DNA from: Caldilineaceae bacterium
GTDB taxonomy: Bacteria > Chloroflexota > Anaerolineae > Caldilineales > Caldilineaceae
Direction of reading: 5' to 3'
Length of the DNA: 64,000 nt
Assembly: GCA_965214715.1 (NCBI GenBank)
Contig: OZ243971.1
Coordinates: forward strand, 2,256,326 to 2,320,325
Below are positions 27,570 through 37,752 of this stretch, piece by piece; the stretch's first letter is position 1, and each line of letters starts with the position of its first letter. The notes beneath the pieces are model-generated. The model worked only from the letters and a program-made list of their open reading frames with translations, was not told the origin of the DNA and did not search any database. The position numbers and the translations under genes were made by a program.

Positions 27570-28523
27570 TCAAGACTGTGGCCGGACTACCAGCACGGGA
27601 GCGCCGGCCCCCCTCACCAAGGCCTCCGCGACACTGCCCATCATCCATCGTGACAACCCGGAACGTCCGTGAGTGGTTGTCACGATGAGGTTCCGGGATG
27701 TCTCGTGGGCCAAGTCCAAAAGGGCTGGCGCCGGATCTCCGCGCAGTACCTGATGCCGGACAGACAGATTCTTGCGTTTAAGACCCTCAGAGACCCTTTC
27801 CAGATATCCTAGGGCTTCCCGGGCCATGTCCGCGGTGAAATGGGGTATCCTGGTGGCAAACTCCGCATAAGTGTAGTAGGACGGATACTCCACCCTGACC
27901 ACCCGGGTGAGCAAGATCTCCAGCGATAGAAGACGGGCCAGCTCCTCGACGCAGGGCAGCACACGTTCGGCGAGTTTGGATCCATCCAGAGGCACCACTA
28001 TCGTGGTCAGGGCCGCGTCCTCTTCCTCCTGGTACTTCTTCGCCTTGTCCGGCGTGATGGTCAGAACCGGCACACTGGAGGAATGGAGCACCTTGTTGGT
28101 CACACTGCCAAGGATGCTGCGGCCAATGAGATTTCGACCGTGGGTTGACATCGCGATCAGGCCACACTCCTCACCCGCGACACGCAGAATCTCCTCGGCC
28201 GGGTTTCCCACGGAGGCTCTTGTTTCCACTTTTAAGCCCTGATCCTGCAAACGGAGTGCGATGGCATTCAGGCTGTGCAGGGCATGCTCTTTTGAGCTCT
28301 CTTCAACCTGGTCCCTGTATAGGATCCCGGCTTCCCTGACCGCCGAGGGATAGAGGGGCGGGAGCGAAGTGGGGTAGTCAATGGCGCCAGGATCGACCAC
28401 AGCCAGCAACACCAAGGGGACATTCGCCTTCCTGGCAATCTCCGAAACATAAGGCAGGATGCCTTCCGCAACGTCGGTTCCATCCAGGGGCACCAGGATG
28501 GGTTGGGACAAGACATGGGTCAT
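27570..28523 (-). CDS. tandem-domain universal stress protein
   Basis: Two UspA-like halves (ILVPLDGT... and IVVPLDGS..., each ending in GS/GR...GSV motifs). Start at ATG 28523. Confidence 0.85.
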   Translation of the reverse strand: MTHVLSQPILVPLDGTDVAEGILPYVSEIARKANVPLVLLAVVDPGAIDYPTSLPPLYPSAVREAGILYRDQVEESSKEHALHSLNAIALRLQDQGLKVETRASVGNPAEEILRVAGEECGLIAMSTHGRNLIGRSILGSVTNKVLHSSSVPVLTITPDKAKKYQEEEDAALTTIVVPLDGSKLAERVLPCVEELARLLSLEILLTRVVRVEYPSYYTYAEFATRIPHFTADMAREALGYLERVSEGLKRKNLSVRHQVLRGDPAPALLDLAHETSRNLIVTTTHGRSGLSRWMMGSVAEALVRGAGAPVLVVRPQS

Positions 28524-28794
28524 TGTTCTTTCCTTGTTTTCCTGTGCAGCTATAGTCTCTCCGTTCCGTACTGGAGCATCTGCTTTCCTCCGGAGCCAGG
28601 AGATAGGGAGATCATACCTAAAAAGACCACGCCGGTAGGGATGGCCCCGTGCGGCGATCCCCGCACAGACCTTGGGACGCGGCATCAGGTGGGGATGGCA
28701 CACCTTGGCGGGCCGTGGCACGGCTGCCGGGAGGTGTGCGGGGTCAGGATCACGGTCGGTGTCCACTCCACAACCGGGAGTGGCTGACCTCCGC

Positions 28795-29931
28795 TCAGAC
28801 CTTCGTGTACAAGTTGCGTTCGGGACGCATGGCCAAGGTCCGGATGTCAAGTGGCAGGGTTTCTTCCAGGACCAGTTTCACTAGCAGCTCGCCGATGAAG
28901 GGCGTAAATTTGAAACCGTGTCCCGAAAATCCGGCGCCAATGATCACATTGGGTAGATCGGGGTGGTGATCCAGAATGAAATCTTCATCGGGCGTATTGG
29001 TATACAGACACGTCTCGGTATGGACATGTTCCCATGCATGGTGGGGGAACAGGGATTCGACCCAACGCGTCAGGTTGGCTTGCACCGTCGGATCGGGCTC
29101 CGGATCCACTGCATCCGGTTGCACGAAGTCGCCCCAGTTGTCGTCGGCCACGGTCAATTTGCCGCGCCACACCGGAAAACCATAGTAGCCCTTGTCGTAA
29201 TCGATATACACCGGCACACGTTCCGGATGCAGAACCGCGGCATCCGGACTCCGGAAGTGAAATTTCTGCTGGCGCGTGACTTTGAGATTCAAGGCCAGCG
29301 CTGGCAGCAGCGCGGCGGTCCAGGCACCGCCTGTACAAATCAGGCGCCGACACAGAATCCGGCGATCCTCGGTGGCCACCTCCAGACGATGGCCTTGAGG
29401 CTGCAGCCCTACCACCTTTTGCGACGCCCACACGGATGCGCCCGCCTTGCGGGCCTCGGCGATCAATATGGGCAGGGACCGGTCAGGTTCCAGAAATCCG
29501 GCTCGGGGAACCCAGCAGGCCACATGCCCCGGGGGCAACTGCAGCATAGGGAAGCGCCGGGACACCTGCGCAGGGGTCAGCATTTCATGGGCTTCCTGCA
29601 TCTGACGCAGAGTCGTCAGGCCTTCCTGGAGCAGGCTATTCTCGGGATTGGCCAGGATCAGTTGTCCACACAGTCTCAGCAACGTTGTATGGGCCCTTTG
29701 TTCCAGGTCCTGCCATTGCCGCTGCGCGGCACGGGCCATTTCAACATACAGCGGGTTGGCATAGAAAGAGCGAAACGCCCGGGTGGCGCCATGTGTGCTG
29801 CCCCGGTCATGTCCCAGGGAAAACTGTTCGATACCCAAGGCCGGTATGCCGCGCAAGGCCAGATGATACAGGGCTGCACAGCCCATGGCACCCAGTCCCA
29901 GGACGACCGTGTCAGTTTCGTGGCGGATCAT
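28795..29931 (-). CDS. FAD-dependent oxidoreductase, monomeric sarcosine oxidase / N-methyltryptophan oxidase-like
   Basis: VVLGLGAMGCAALYHLALRG dinucleotide fold and GSTHGATRAFR motif. RBS AAGGAGAAG before ATG 29931. Confidence 0.85.
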   Translation of the reverse strand: MIRHETDTVVLGLGAMGCAALYHLALRGIPALGIEQFSLGHDRGSTHGATRAFRSFYANPLYVEMARAAQRQWQDLEQRAHTTLLRLCGQLILANPENSLLQEGLTTLRQMQEAHEMLTPAQVSRRFPMLQLPPGHVACWVPRAGFLEPDRSLPILIAEARKAGASVWASQKVVGLQPQGHRLEVATEDRRILCRRLICTGGAWTAALLPALALNLKVTRQQKFHFRSPDAAVLHPERVPVYIDYDKGYYGFPVWRGKLTVADDNWGDFVQPDAVDPEPDPTVQANLTRWVESLFPHHAWEHVHTETCLYTNTPDEDFILDHHPDLPNVIIGAGFSGHGFKFTPFIGELLVKLVLEETLPLDIRTLAMRPERNLYTKV

Positions 29932-30131
29932 GTGTTCTTCTCCTTGAACAGCCCGTTGCATTCCAGTAGTGCTCGCGCTCTGCATCACGGTGTGCATGTC
30001 CCCGCGGCTCTCACGCTCCCGAATATCGGGCCGCGCGGTCGCGGCGGTCCGGTCTGGCTCTCGTGGCGGTCAACGGAAATCCCGCGCACGCGGCCATCAC
30101 GAAAATGCACATGCCGGGTCAGTGCACAAGG

Positions 30132-31139
30132 CTATGTCGGCAGGACAAGGACATAGACCAGGCACTCCCCCATCAGTACCCGGGGAAACGTGCGCAGGAA
30201 CATCACGCGTCCGGTTTCTTCCGCCCGCACTTCGGCCAATACCGTACCGTCGGGATGGCGTACCTGACCGAGCATATCCCCGGTGGCGACAGGCTCCCAG
30301 AGCTCTACGGCAGGCACGAAAAGTCCCGAATAGGGACTGGGATAATTCACCTGCAGGTGACCGGCCTCTTCGCCCAATGTCTGCAGGCTGAACTCGGGTT
30401 CGGCGGTGGGATAGGAGCCGTCCGTGATACCCAGGAAAGTCAGAATGTTGCGAATACCCTGTACGGCAGCAGTCCGCTGCGCGGGGCGCAATCGGCCTTC
30501 GCCCCGATTCTCGACGTAAATGGCAGGCACGCCCTTGATCCGGGCCGCGGACAGCGTGCGGCCGGACAGCGCCTCGGTGCCCCAGACCAGATCAAAGCCG
30601 AACGCGATGGCGGCCGCGTGCAAACGAGCCCCCACAGCACCGCCTTGGACCTGATAGCCCGCCAGCTCCTTGCAGGCATACAGGTTGCCGCCGGCATGCA
30701 TCTCAAGCAGGAAGTCAGCCTGGACCACCAGATGTTCCTGAAACACATGCGCGATGCGCTCGGTAGGAAACCCGTGGGCACTGCCCGGGAATATGCGAGC
30801 CAGATTCAAGTGATCCCAACCGCCTTCCCGGGTGCCCCGGGCAAAGGCAGGCCCGTTCACCATGGGAATACCGAAGAATGTGCCCTCCATGTGCACCGGG
30901 TCCAAGGCGGAGAATACATCCTGAATGGCCACCGGCCCTTCATATTCGTCGCCGTGTACCAGGCCCGTCACCATGCAGACGGGACCGGGCCGCGCGCCGC
31001 GGGCGAGCAGGACGGGACAATAGAGCGGTTCCCCCGAAGGCAAAACATTCAAAACCAGATGCAGGCGGGTCTTGGTGCCCAAGGCAAAATCGGCAACCCT
31101 GAATTCAGAATAGAGAACCTGTAAGGCATCTGTCAACAT
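30132..31139 (-). CDS. succinylglutamate desuccinylase/aspartoacylase (AstE/AspA) family zinc hydrolase, second intact paralogue
   Basis: GLVHGDEYEG zinc motif, NLARIFPG, LLEMHAGG. RBS AAGGAGAG before ATG 31139. Confidence 0.85.
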   Translation of the reverse strand: MLTDALQVLYSEFRVADFALGTKTRLHLVLNVLPSGEPLYCPVLLARGARPGPVCMVTGLVHGDEYEGPVAIQDVFSALDPVHMEGTFFGIPMVNGPAFARGTREGGWDHLNLARIFPGSAHGFPTERIAHVFQEHLVVQADFLLEMHAGGNLYACKELAGYQVQGGAVGARLHAAAIAFGFDLVWGTEALSGRTLSAARIKGVPAIYVENRGEGRLRPAQRTAAVQGIRNILTFLGITDGSYPTAEPEFSLQTLGEEAGHLQVNYPSPYSGLFVPAVELWEPVATGDMLGQVRHPDGTVLAEVRAEETGRVMFLRTFPRVLMGECLVYVLVLPT

Positions 31140-31271
31140 CAATCTCTCCTTGGCGGTGATTATTGGGCCCAGGCCCGGCGCCTTCCTGGGCCTGGGCGAC
31201 CGGCACATGCAGGGGGCAGGGTCCACACAGCGGCACAGGTTCCCGTAGTCTCCTCCCATTCGGCCATGACA

Positions 31272-32201
31272 CTATGGACTGACGCCTGGGCCCGCCAGGG
31301 TGGGATCCAGTACATCCCGCAAGGCATCCGCCACACTGTTGAGACCCAGGATGAGGGACGTGATGAAGAGCCCCGGGAAAAAACCGTACCACCACGCCCG
31401 GCGCAGATGACCGCGGCCACTCAACAACATGGCACCCCAGGACGCGTCGGGCGGTTGTGTGCCCAAACCCAGAAAACTGAGCGCGGCCTCAACCAGGATC
31501 GCAAAGGCAATGGCCAACGTGAATTGCACGATCAGCGGCGCCAGCGAGTTGGGCAGAATGGTTCTGAAAATGATCCGGCGGTCGGTGGCACCACCCGCGC
31601 GGGCCGCCAGCACAAAGTCCATTTCCTTTTGTACCAGTATGCTGGACCGGGCCAGGCGGGCAAATCCGGGCAGACCGACAATGGCGACCGCAATCATGGC
31701 ATTAATCGAGCCCGGCCCCAGCACGGCCACGATGGTCAGCGCCAGCAAAAGCGCCGGAAAGGCCAGCAGCGTGTCGATGCAGCGCATAATGATCGCATCA
31801 AGCCATCGGCCTGCATATCCGCTCACCAGGCCCAGAGGGACTCCCAGGGCAGCCGCCGTGAAGGCGGCGAAAGCCCCCGCCAGCAAGGATATGCGTCCGG
31901 CGTGCAAGGTGCGCGTGTAGATGTCGCGCCCGAATTCGTCGGTGCCAAAGAAATGGGTCGAGCTGGGAGGCAGGAACTGGTTGCCCTTGCTGATCACCAA
32001 AGGATCGTGGGGGGAGAGGAGGGGGGCCGCAACCGAAACAAAAAACATGGCCAAGACGACCAACAGACCGATCATGCCGCCGCGATGTTGCCGGAAACGA
32101 CGCCACAAACGAACATGCAGGGATTCGGCGGGTGTGGCCAGAGGATCGAATGTGCCCGCCTGCGGGAATTCGGCGTCAGGGTCAATGCGACTGTCCGGCA
32201 T
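31272..32201 (-). CDS. ABC transporter permease (DppC/OppC-like)
   Basis: Binding-protein-dependent permease layout with N-terminal FGTDEFGRDI motif. Confidence 0.9.
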   Translation of the reverse strand: MPDSRIDPDAEFPQAGTFDPLATPAESLHVRLWRRFRQHRGGMIGLLVVLAMFFVSVAAPLLSPHDPLVISKGNQFLPPSSTHFFGTDEFGRDIYTRTLHAGRISLLAGAFAAFTAAALGVPLGLVSGYAGRWLDAIIMRCIDTLLAFPALLLALTIVAVLGPGSINAMIAVAIVGLPGFARLARSSILVQKEMDFVLAARAGGATDRRIIFRTILPNSLAPLIVQFTLAIAFAILVEAALSFLGLGTQPPDASWGAMLLSGRGHLRRAWWYGFFPGLFITSLILGLNSVADALRDVLDPTLAGPGVSP

Positions 32202-32247
32202 GAGAACTGGCAGTGATGGCGGTGGCCCGGCTGCTGCCCGGGTGTAT

Positions 32248-33192
32248 TCACTGATATCGAATCCGCGGATCCAGGAATCCGTAGGCCAAATCCGTGATCA
32301 GGGTCACACACACGAACGTGACGACCACAAACAGCACGGCACCCTGCAGGACAGGATAGTCCCGGGTCCCGATTGCCTGCAGCATCAGTCTGCCCAGGCC
32401 GGGCCAGTCAAAGATCGACTCCGTGACCACTGCGCCGCCCAAAAACGCTCCCAGTTGCAGACCCAGTATGGTCACCACCGGAATCAGGGCATTCTTCAAG
32501 ACATGACGCGCCAGAATGCCGGATTCCGACAAGCCCTTGGTGCGGGCCGTGCGCACATAGTCCATCTCCAGCACTTCCAGCATGGAGCTCTTGAGAAACC
32601 GTGTCAGTACTGTGGCGGAGTAAAAACCAAGTGTGATGGAGGGCAGGATCATCAGGCGCAACGCCAATACCGGCTTCTGGCTGAATTCAACGCGGCCGGA
32701 GGGGGGCAGCCATTTGAGTTGCAGAGAAAACACCAGCACCAGCAGAATACCCAGCCAGAACGTAGGAATGGCCTGCCCCAGGGCCACTACCAGCGATGTC
32801 AGACGTTCAAACCAGCCGCCTCTCCGGACCGCCGACAATATGCCCAAGGGCAGCGACAGGCACAGGGCCACCAGCAATCCACCGGCCGTCAGTTGCAGGG
32901 TGGCCAGGAATTTCCGCCGGATCAGGTCAAAAACCGGATAGCCGTTGAGAATGGACACGCCCAGGTCGCCACGCACCACCTGACCCAGCCAGATCAGGTA
33001 CTGCACGTAAATGGGTTGGTCCAGACCCAGACGGGCACGGGCCGCCACGATCTGTTCCGGCAGGGCATCGGGTCCGGCGATCAACATGGCCGGATCGCCG
33101 GGAATGAAACGCACCAGACCGAAAACCAGAATGGAACTCAGGAAGAGGACGGGCAGGGTCTGGACCAGGCGGCGCAATACATAAGTGGCCAT
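32248..33192 (-). CDS. ABC transporter permease (DppB/OppB-like)
   Basis: MATYVLRRLVQTLPVLFLSSILVF N-terminus and YVRTARTKGL EAA-loop motif. Confidence 0.9.
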   Translation of the reverse strand: MATYVLRRLVQTLPVLFLSSILVFGLVRFIPGDPAMLIAGPDALPEQIVAARARLGLDQPIYVQYLIWLGQVVRGDLGVSILNGYPVFDLIRRKFLATLQLTAGGLLVALCLSLPLGILSAVRRGGWFERLTSLVVALGQAIPTFWLGILLVLVFSLQLKWLPPSGRVEFSQKPVLALRLMILPSITLGFYSATVLTRFLKSSMLEVLEMDYVRTARTKGLSESGILARHVLKNALIPVVTILGLQLGAFLGGAVVTESIFDWPGLGRLMLQAIGTRDYPVLQGAVLFVVVTFVCVTLITDLAYGFLDPRIRYQ

Positions 33193-33411
33193 ACGGTCTA
33201 ACGACAGGCTATGTTACAGATGGCGGCTCTCTGCCTTTGTCTTGGAAAACACAGCACCCAAGACAGCGTTGTGCAGCCCCGGTCTCTTCTTCACGGCCCG
33301 GGAAGAAAGAAACCGGGGCAGGTTGGTCAACCGGCAGTGGTTGCCTCGCACCGGACCCGCTGGCCGCTGGCCCTCAGAGGCTGCGACGTGGCCGCGGGCA
33401 ACAGCGGAGTG

Positions 33412-35070
33412 TTATTCGATCCACGCATTGCCTGCCATCAACTCGTCGTTGACGGTCCAATCCAGGCCATGCACATTGGACTGGCGGGCAAACAGCGTGT
33501 ACTTCCAGGAAAGCGGAATGTCGACGCAGGCATCCAGCATAATCTCGTTGACTTTTCGGAAGGCCTCGCGCCGGGTTTCCCGGTCAAACGTGGCACCGGC
33601 AATCTGCAGGTTTTCCACGTAGCCTTCCGGAAAGTCGCCGCGGGGGAAAATGGGACTGGAACGAGGACGATACGGGCTATTGTCAAACAGCCCCATCGGG
33701 TCCAGATGCTGTCTTCCCACAAAAGTAACATCCAGATCGAATACGGCACTGCCATCCGTCTCCGGTGTACCGAGGTGCCGCGGGCCATACGTGGCGCTGT
33801 CCAGCGGTTCGACATCGACTTCCACCCCTATCGTGGCCAGATCGGCCTGCAAGATGGTGCCGATGTCCGTGGTCTCGGGAAAAGCCTGGATCGTGATCGT
33901 ATTCAGGACCAGCTTGACTCCATCCTTGTCCCTGACACCATCGCCGTCGCTGTCCACCCAGCCCGCTTCGTCCAGCAAGGCCGCAGACTGTTCCAGATCG
34001 AAACTGTAGGCATCGGCCAGATCTTCGAAATAGGCCACGGAATAGTCGGGAAATGCCAGTACCGTGGCCCCGCCCACCCCGAACAAAGCCTGATCCACTA
34101 TAGCGTCGCGGTCAATGGCCCAACAAACGGCTTGGCGGACCCGCTTGTCGCTGAGAGCCCCCTCCGGCTGGTCGGGATCGGGCGGATTCACCGTGATGGA
34201 ATACAGCAGACCGCCTTGCCCGAACTCGACCTCAATGCCCGAGTCCAGCAGGCGCTGATAGTCCTTGGGCGGAACGGCGATGGCAGCATCTATGATGCCG
34301 GTTTCCAGCGCCGTTACCAAGGCTTCCAGATCATCGAACGGTTTGAAAGACACCTCGTCCAGATAGGGCCGACCCTCGTCCCAATAGTTTTCGTTGCGGG
34401 CGAAGGTCAGAATGTCGCCCGGGATCCATTCCTGCAACGCAAACGGTCCCGTGCCAATACAGGAATTGGCCAGGGAATCGAACGACTCGGGGGCCATGAT
34501 GCGCATCACGTTCAGGATGTCGAACATGTTGGGCGTGGGCGCGGAAAACTCGATCGTGACACTATGGTCCCCATGAGCCACGGCGCCCGTGACCGTCTGC
34601 ACCATGCCGTGCACATTGGAGCCTGTATCCGGAACCAGGGCCCGTTCAATGTTCTGCACCACATCGGCCGCCACGAAAGACCGCCCATTGTGCCAGACCA
34701 CATCGTCACGCAGGGTCAGCGTGACCGCGGTGCCGTCGTCGTTCGTCTCCCATGCCGTGGCCAAGCGCGGCAGAATGTTCAGTCTCTTGTCGTAGACAAT
34801 CAAGCTGTCATAGCACTGGTTCTGCATGGGATAGCTGACAAAACCGAGCGAAAACGCGTCAAAGTTAATAATGTCATCCGTAGTGCCCACGACCAGGGAG
34901 CCGCCTCTTTGGGGACCCCCTTCCATGGTCACGGCATCGGCTGCCGGAGCGGCACCGCTGGGCGGGGCCGGGGCGCAGGAGATACTGGCCACCGCCAGGA
35001 CCAGCAGCAAGGCCACCCACAAGCCCAGTCGAGTTATATACCTAGCACGGCAAAACATAGCCAACCTCAT
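33412..35070 (-). CDS. ABC transporter substrate-binding lipoprotein, family 5 (peptide/nickel type)
   Basis: Lipobox LAVASISC, 552 aa, family-5 SBP size and layout. First gene of the permease operon. Confidence 0.9.
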   Translation of the reverse strand: MRLAMFCRARYITRLGLWVALLLVLAVASISCAPAPPSGAAPAADAVTMEGGPQRGGSLVVGTTDDIINFDAFSLGFVSYPMQNQCYDSLIVYDKRLNILPRLATAWETNDDGTAVTLTLRDDVVWHNGRSFVAADVVQNIERALVPDTGSNVHGMVQTVTGAVAHGDHSVTIEFSAPTPNMFDILNVMRIMAPESFDSLANSCIGTGPFALQEWIPGDILTFARNENYWDEGRPYLDEVSFKPFDDLEALVTALETGIIDAAIAVPPKDYQRLLDSGIEVEFGQGGLLYSITVNPPDPDQPEGALSDKRVRQAVCWAIDRDAIVDQALFGVGGATVLAFPDYSVAYFEDLADAYSFDLEQSAALLDEAGWVDSDGDGVRDKDGVKLVLNTITIQAFPETTDIGTILQADLATIGVEVDVEPLDSATYGPRHLGTPETDGSAVFDLDVTFVGRQHLDPMGLFDNSPYRPRSSPIFPRGDFPEGYVENLQIAGATFDRETRREAFRKVNEIMLDACVDIPLSWKYTLFARQSNVHGLDWTVNDELMAGNAWIE

Positions 35071-35662
35071 TTCTGTTCAAGTCAAAGTCAAAACGCATCC
35101 GGTCAATACAACCCTCTCTCTGCGACCGGCCGCGCGGGCAGCCAAGCATACAGGGCAATAGGAAAAGGTGCACAGTGACAGACGAAGTTTCATTCTAACA
35201 CCTCCCTGATTCAAACGCCCTGCCTTCCCAGGCAATCGCCAGGTCACGAATTGAAGCCGCAAGGGACATACCGGAACAGGTGCCATACACAGCAAAAAGC
35301 CCATATGAATCCCAAAACGCCGGGAGGCTCCTGGCGGTGCTTGCGGTCGACATGCTCGGCCTCGCGGTCTGTGCCTGCATAGGCTGTCAATGCCATTGGT
35401 CAGCATCGCGGAGTTCAGACGTGATCTCCAAGCCGGGTTTGCAACCTGGCAGCTTTGCGACGAAATACCCGCACAAAATCGGGCAGGAAAAACAAATGCC
35501 TCCAGGCCGGTCATATTGCGGCTGGCCTGGAGGCAATCCTGCCTTTTTGACGACTTTGCGATGATTTGGGATTACTCGCAGTCAAATACCCTGACTTCCT
35601 GTTTTTAAGTGATAAAATTGGCATAAAATAACATAAACAGAAACAATATCAGGGAAAGTGGC

Positions 35663-36940
35663 ATGCTGATCGAATTTTCCGTAGCAAACTTCAAGTCCAT
35701 CAAGGAAGAGGCCTGCTTGAACATGACGGCCGGACCTGGAAGAGAGCACAGGAAAATACATCTGGTGGTGCCTACACTGACGGCGAGAAGTCAACCTTCC
35801 CCCTTGGTCCGTACGGCGGTGATTTTCGGCGCCAATGCAGCGGGAAAGTCAAATTTGCTGGATGCCTTGAGGGTCATGAAGAACATCGTCCGCACATCCA
35901 GCCAAGGTCCTGCGGAACTTCCCGTAATCCCCTTCAAGTTTGATTTTGACAGCAAGAACCAAAGCACTGTGTTTGAAGTCAAGTGTATTGTCCAGGGAAT
36001 CCGTTTTATCAATATGGTTTTAGTGTCACCAAGGACAGGGTGCATGACGAATGGCTCTTTGCCTGGCCGCGGGGAAGAGTGCAAACCTGGTTTGAACGCG
36101 ACGGTCCCCACTGGAAATTGGGAGACAAGCTGACCGGCGACAAGGAGCTCTGGAAACGCACTACCCGCCCGGATGCCTTGTTCCTTTTCCACGGCCGTGT
36201 CTCTGAACAGCGAACAGTTGCGGCCACTGTATGACTGGTTTCACCATACAGTGCAGTATCCCACACCCCACGGCTGGACAGATGCGCTCTCACTTAAATT
36301 CTCACTTAAATATTGTCAAGACGAGCGCAAGCAGGCAGTCATTGATTTCTTGCATTCTGCAGATCTGGGCATTGCAGACCTGCGCATTACAAAAAAAGAA
36401 TTTTCGCCTGACATGCTCCCTGCTACCATATCCGTGGAAATGAAGGAAGAACTGACAAGAGGACTGGCGAGCAAGATGATCGTGGAGGATCTTTTTCTAA
36501 GACATGACACGGGCCTTGGCTACTCCACGGAACTGGATATGAAAGCGGAGTCGGCCGGCACGCAAAAGATCTTTTCGCTGGCGGGTCCTTGGCTTGAGGG
36601 CTTAAGCAATGGAAATGTGCTTGTAATCGACGAATTGGACAACAGCCTGCATCCCCAGCTGGTCGCGTTTTTGGTGGAGCGGTTCCACGACCCGGCAGTG
36701 AATACAAAAGGAGCCCAGCTCATATTTTCCACTCACGACGCTGCCCTCCTGAGTCAGGACAGATTCCGCAGAGATCAGATCTGGTTTTGTGAACGCAACA
36801 CATGACAGGAAACCCATCTGTATCCCTTGACGGATTTCCGTCCTCGCAAGGATCTGGAAAATCTTGAGCGCTCCTGTCTGGCAGGGCGATACGGAGCTCT
36901 GCCTTACACGCGACCGACAACCGTCCTGCATAGCCATTGA
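35663..36940 (+). pseudogene. AAA_21/abortive-infection-type ATPase: two frameshifts and one in-frame TGA
   Basis: Walker A IFGANAAGKSNLLDAL, YQYGFSVTKDRVHDEWLF in a second frame, VLVIDELDNSLHP...IFSTHD back in the first frame. TGA at 36803-36805 precedes the conserved tail LAGRYGALPY. Confidence 0.75.
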
Positions 36941-36943
36941 ACT

Positions 36944-37108
36944 ATGGCGAGACGCCCACCCCGTCCCCAGAGCAGAAGGCGGCAACCAGTCCGCGAAGCA
37001 TACGCACGCGTCCTCATTCTCTGCGAAGGGAAGAAAACCGAGGTGACCTATTTCAATGATCTCGTGGCACATTACAGTCTGAGCACAGCCAGCATAATAA
37101 GAGTGTAA
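36944..37108 (+). pseudogene. RloB-like protein, N-terminal 54 codons only
   Basis: ARVLILCEGKKTEVTYFNDL matches the RloB-like (Toprim-type) N-terminal motif. The frame ends at ...ASIIRV*, where high-G+C DNA begins. Confidence 0.6.
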
Positions 37109-37153
37109 AATAGGGATACTCCGGTAGTCCGGGGTTGGCCTGGCACCTATCCG

Positions 37154-37230
37154 GGGCGGATAGCTCAGTTGGTTAGAGCACTTCGTTTACACCGAAGGGG
37201 CCGGGGGTTCAAGTCCCTCTCTGCCCACCA
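37154..37230 (+). tRNA. tRNA-Val (anticodon TAC), CCA encoded
   Basis: Acceptor GGGCGGA/TCTGCCC, D stem GCTC/GAGC, anticodon stem CTTCG/CGAAG with loop TTTACAC, T arm GGGGG-TTCAAGT-CCCTC, then A-CCA. Confidence 0.9.
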
Positions 37231-37641
37231 GGCCATACACAAGCCAGCACCTTCGCGTCCAGACTCAAGTTAGGGGGGCCGGACTGAGCGCTTCCCCTGC
37301 ACTACTCCCGAATGTCCCCGTCATGCGGGGGAAGCTTTGATCTCCACTCTGCGCCCGCAGAATGTCTGCAGGGCTTCCTTCCCAAGTCGGCGGCGCGGCC
37401 GGGAAATTCAGAAATCCAGTCACGAACACGTACACTGTCGTATAGCCTGCATATACGTAGTGCCAGGCGCAACGATCAGCCATGAAGCCAAAGCGGACCT
37501 TACCATGGACGCCGAGTTGCCAAGCGGTATGCCTACGCAAACAGGCGCTCAGGGAGGCAGTGGAAAAGGGCCGCAGGCAAAGTCTGACATGAGTGCACCG
37601 CATCGTCTTTGGCGTTTATTTGCGTCCATATATTCTGATGA

Positions 37642-37652
37642 GGGGGGGGGGG
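37642..37652 (+). repeat. G11 homopolymer immediately after an ATG (37638), 100 nt upstream of the annotated start of paralogue C
   Basis: Counted directly. Context CTG ATG A G11 ATATGCGC. Confidence 0.95.
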
Positions 37653-37752
37653 ATATGCGCTCTCCCCGGCTGCACAATGCCCTGTTCGTCCTGTTTGTGG
37701 GCAGCATTCTGGTGTACAGACGCCGGCCAGCGGTCGCCACCCCGGACGGGAT

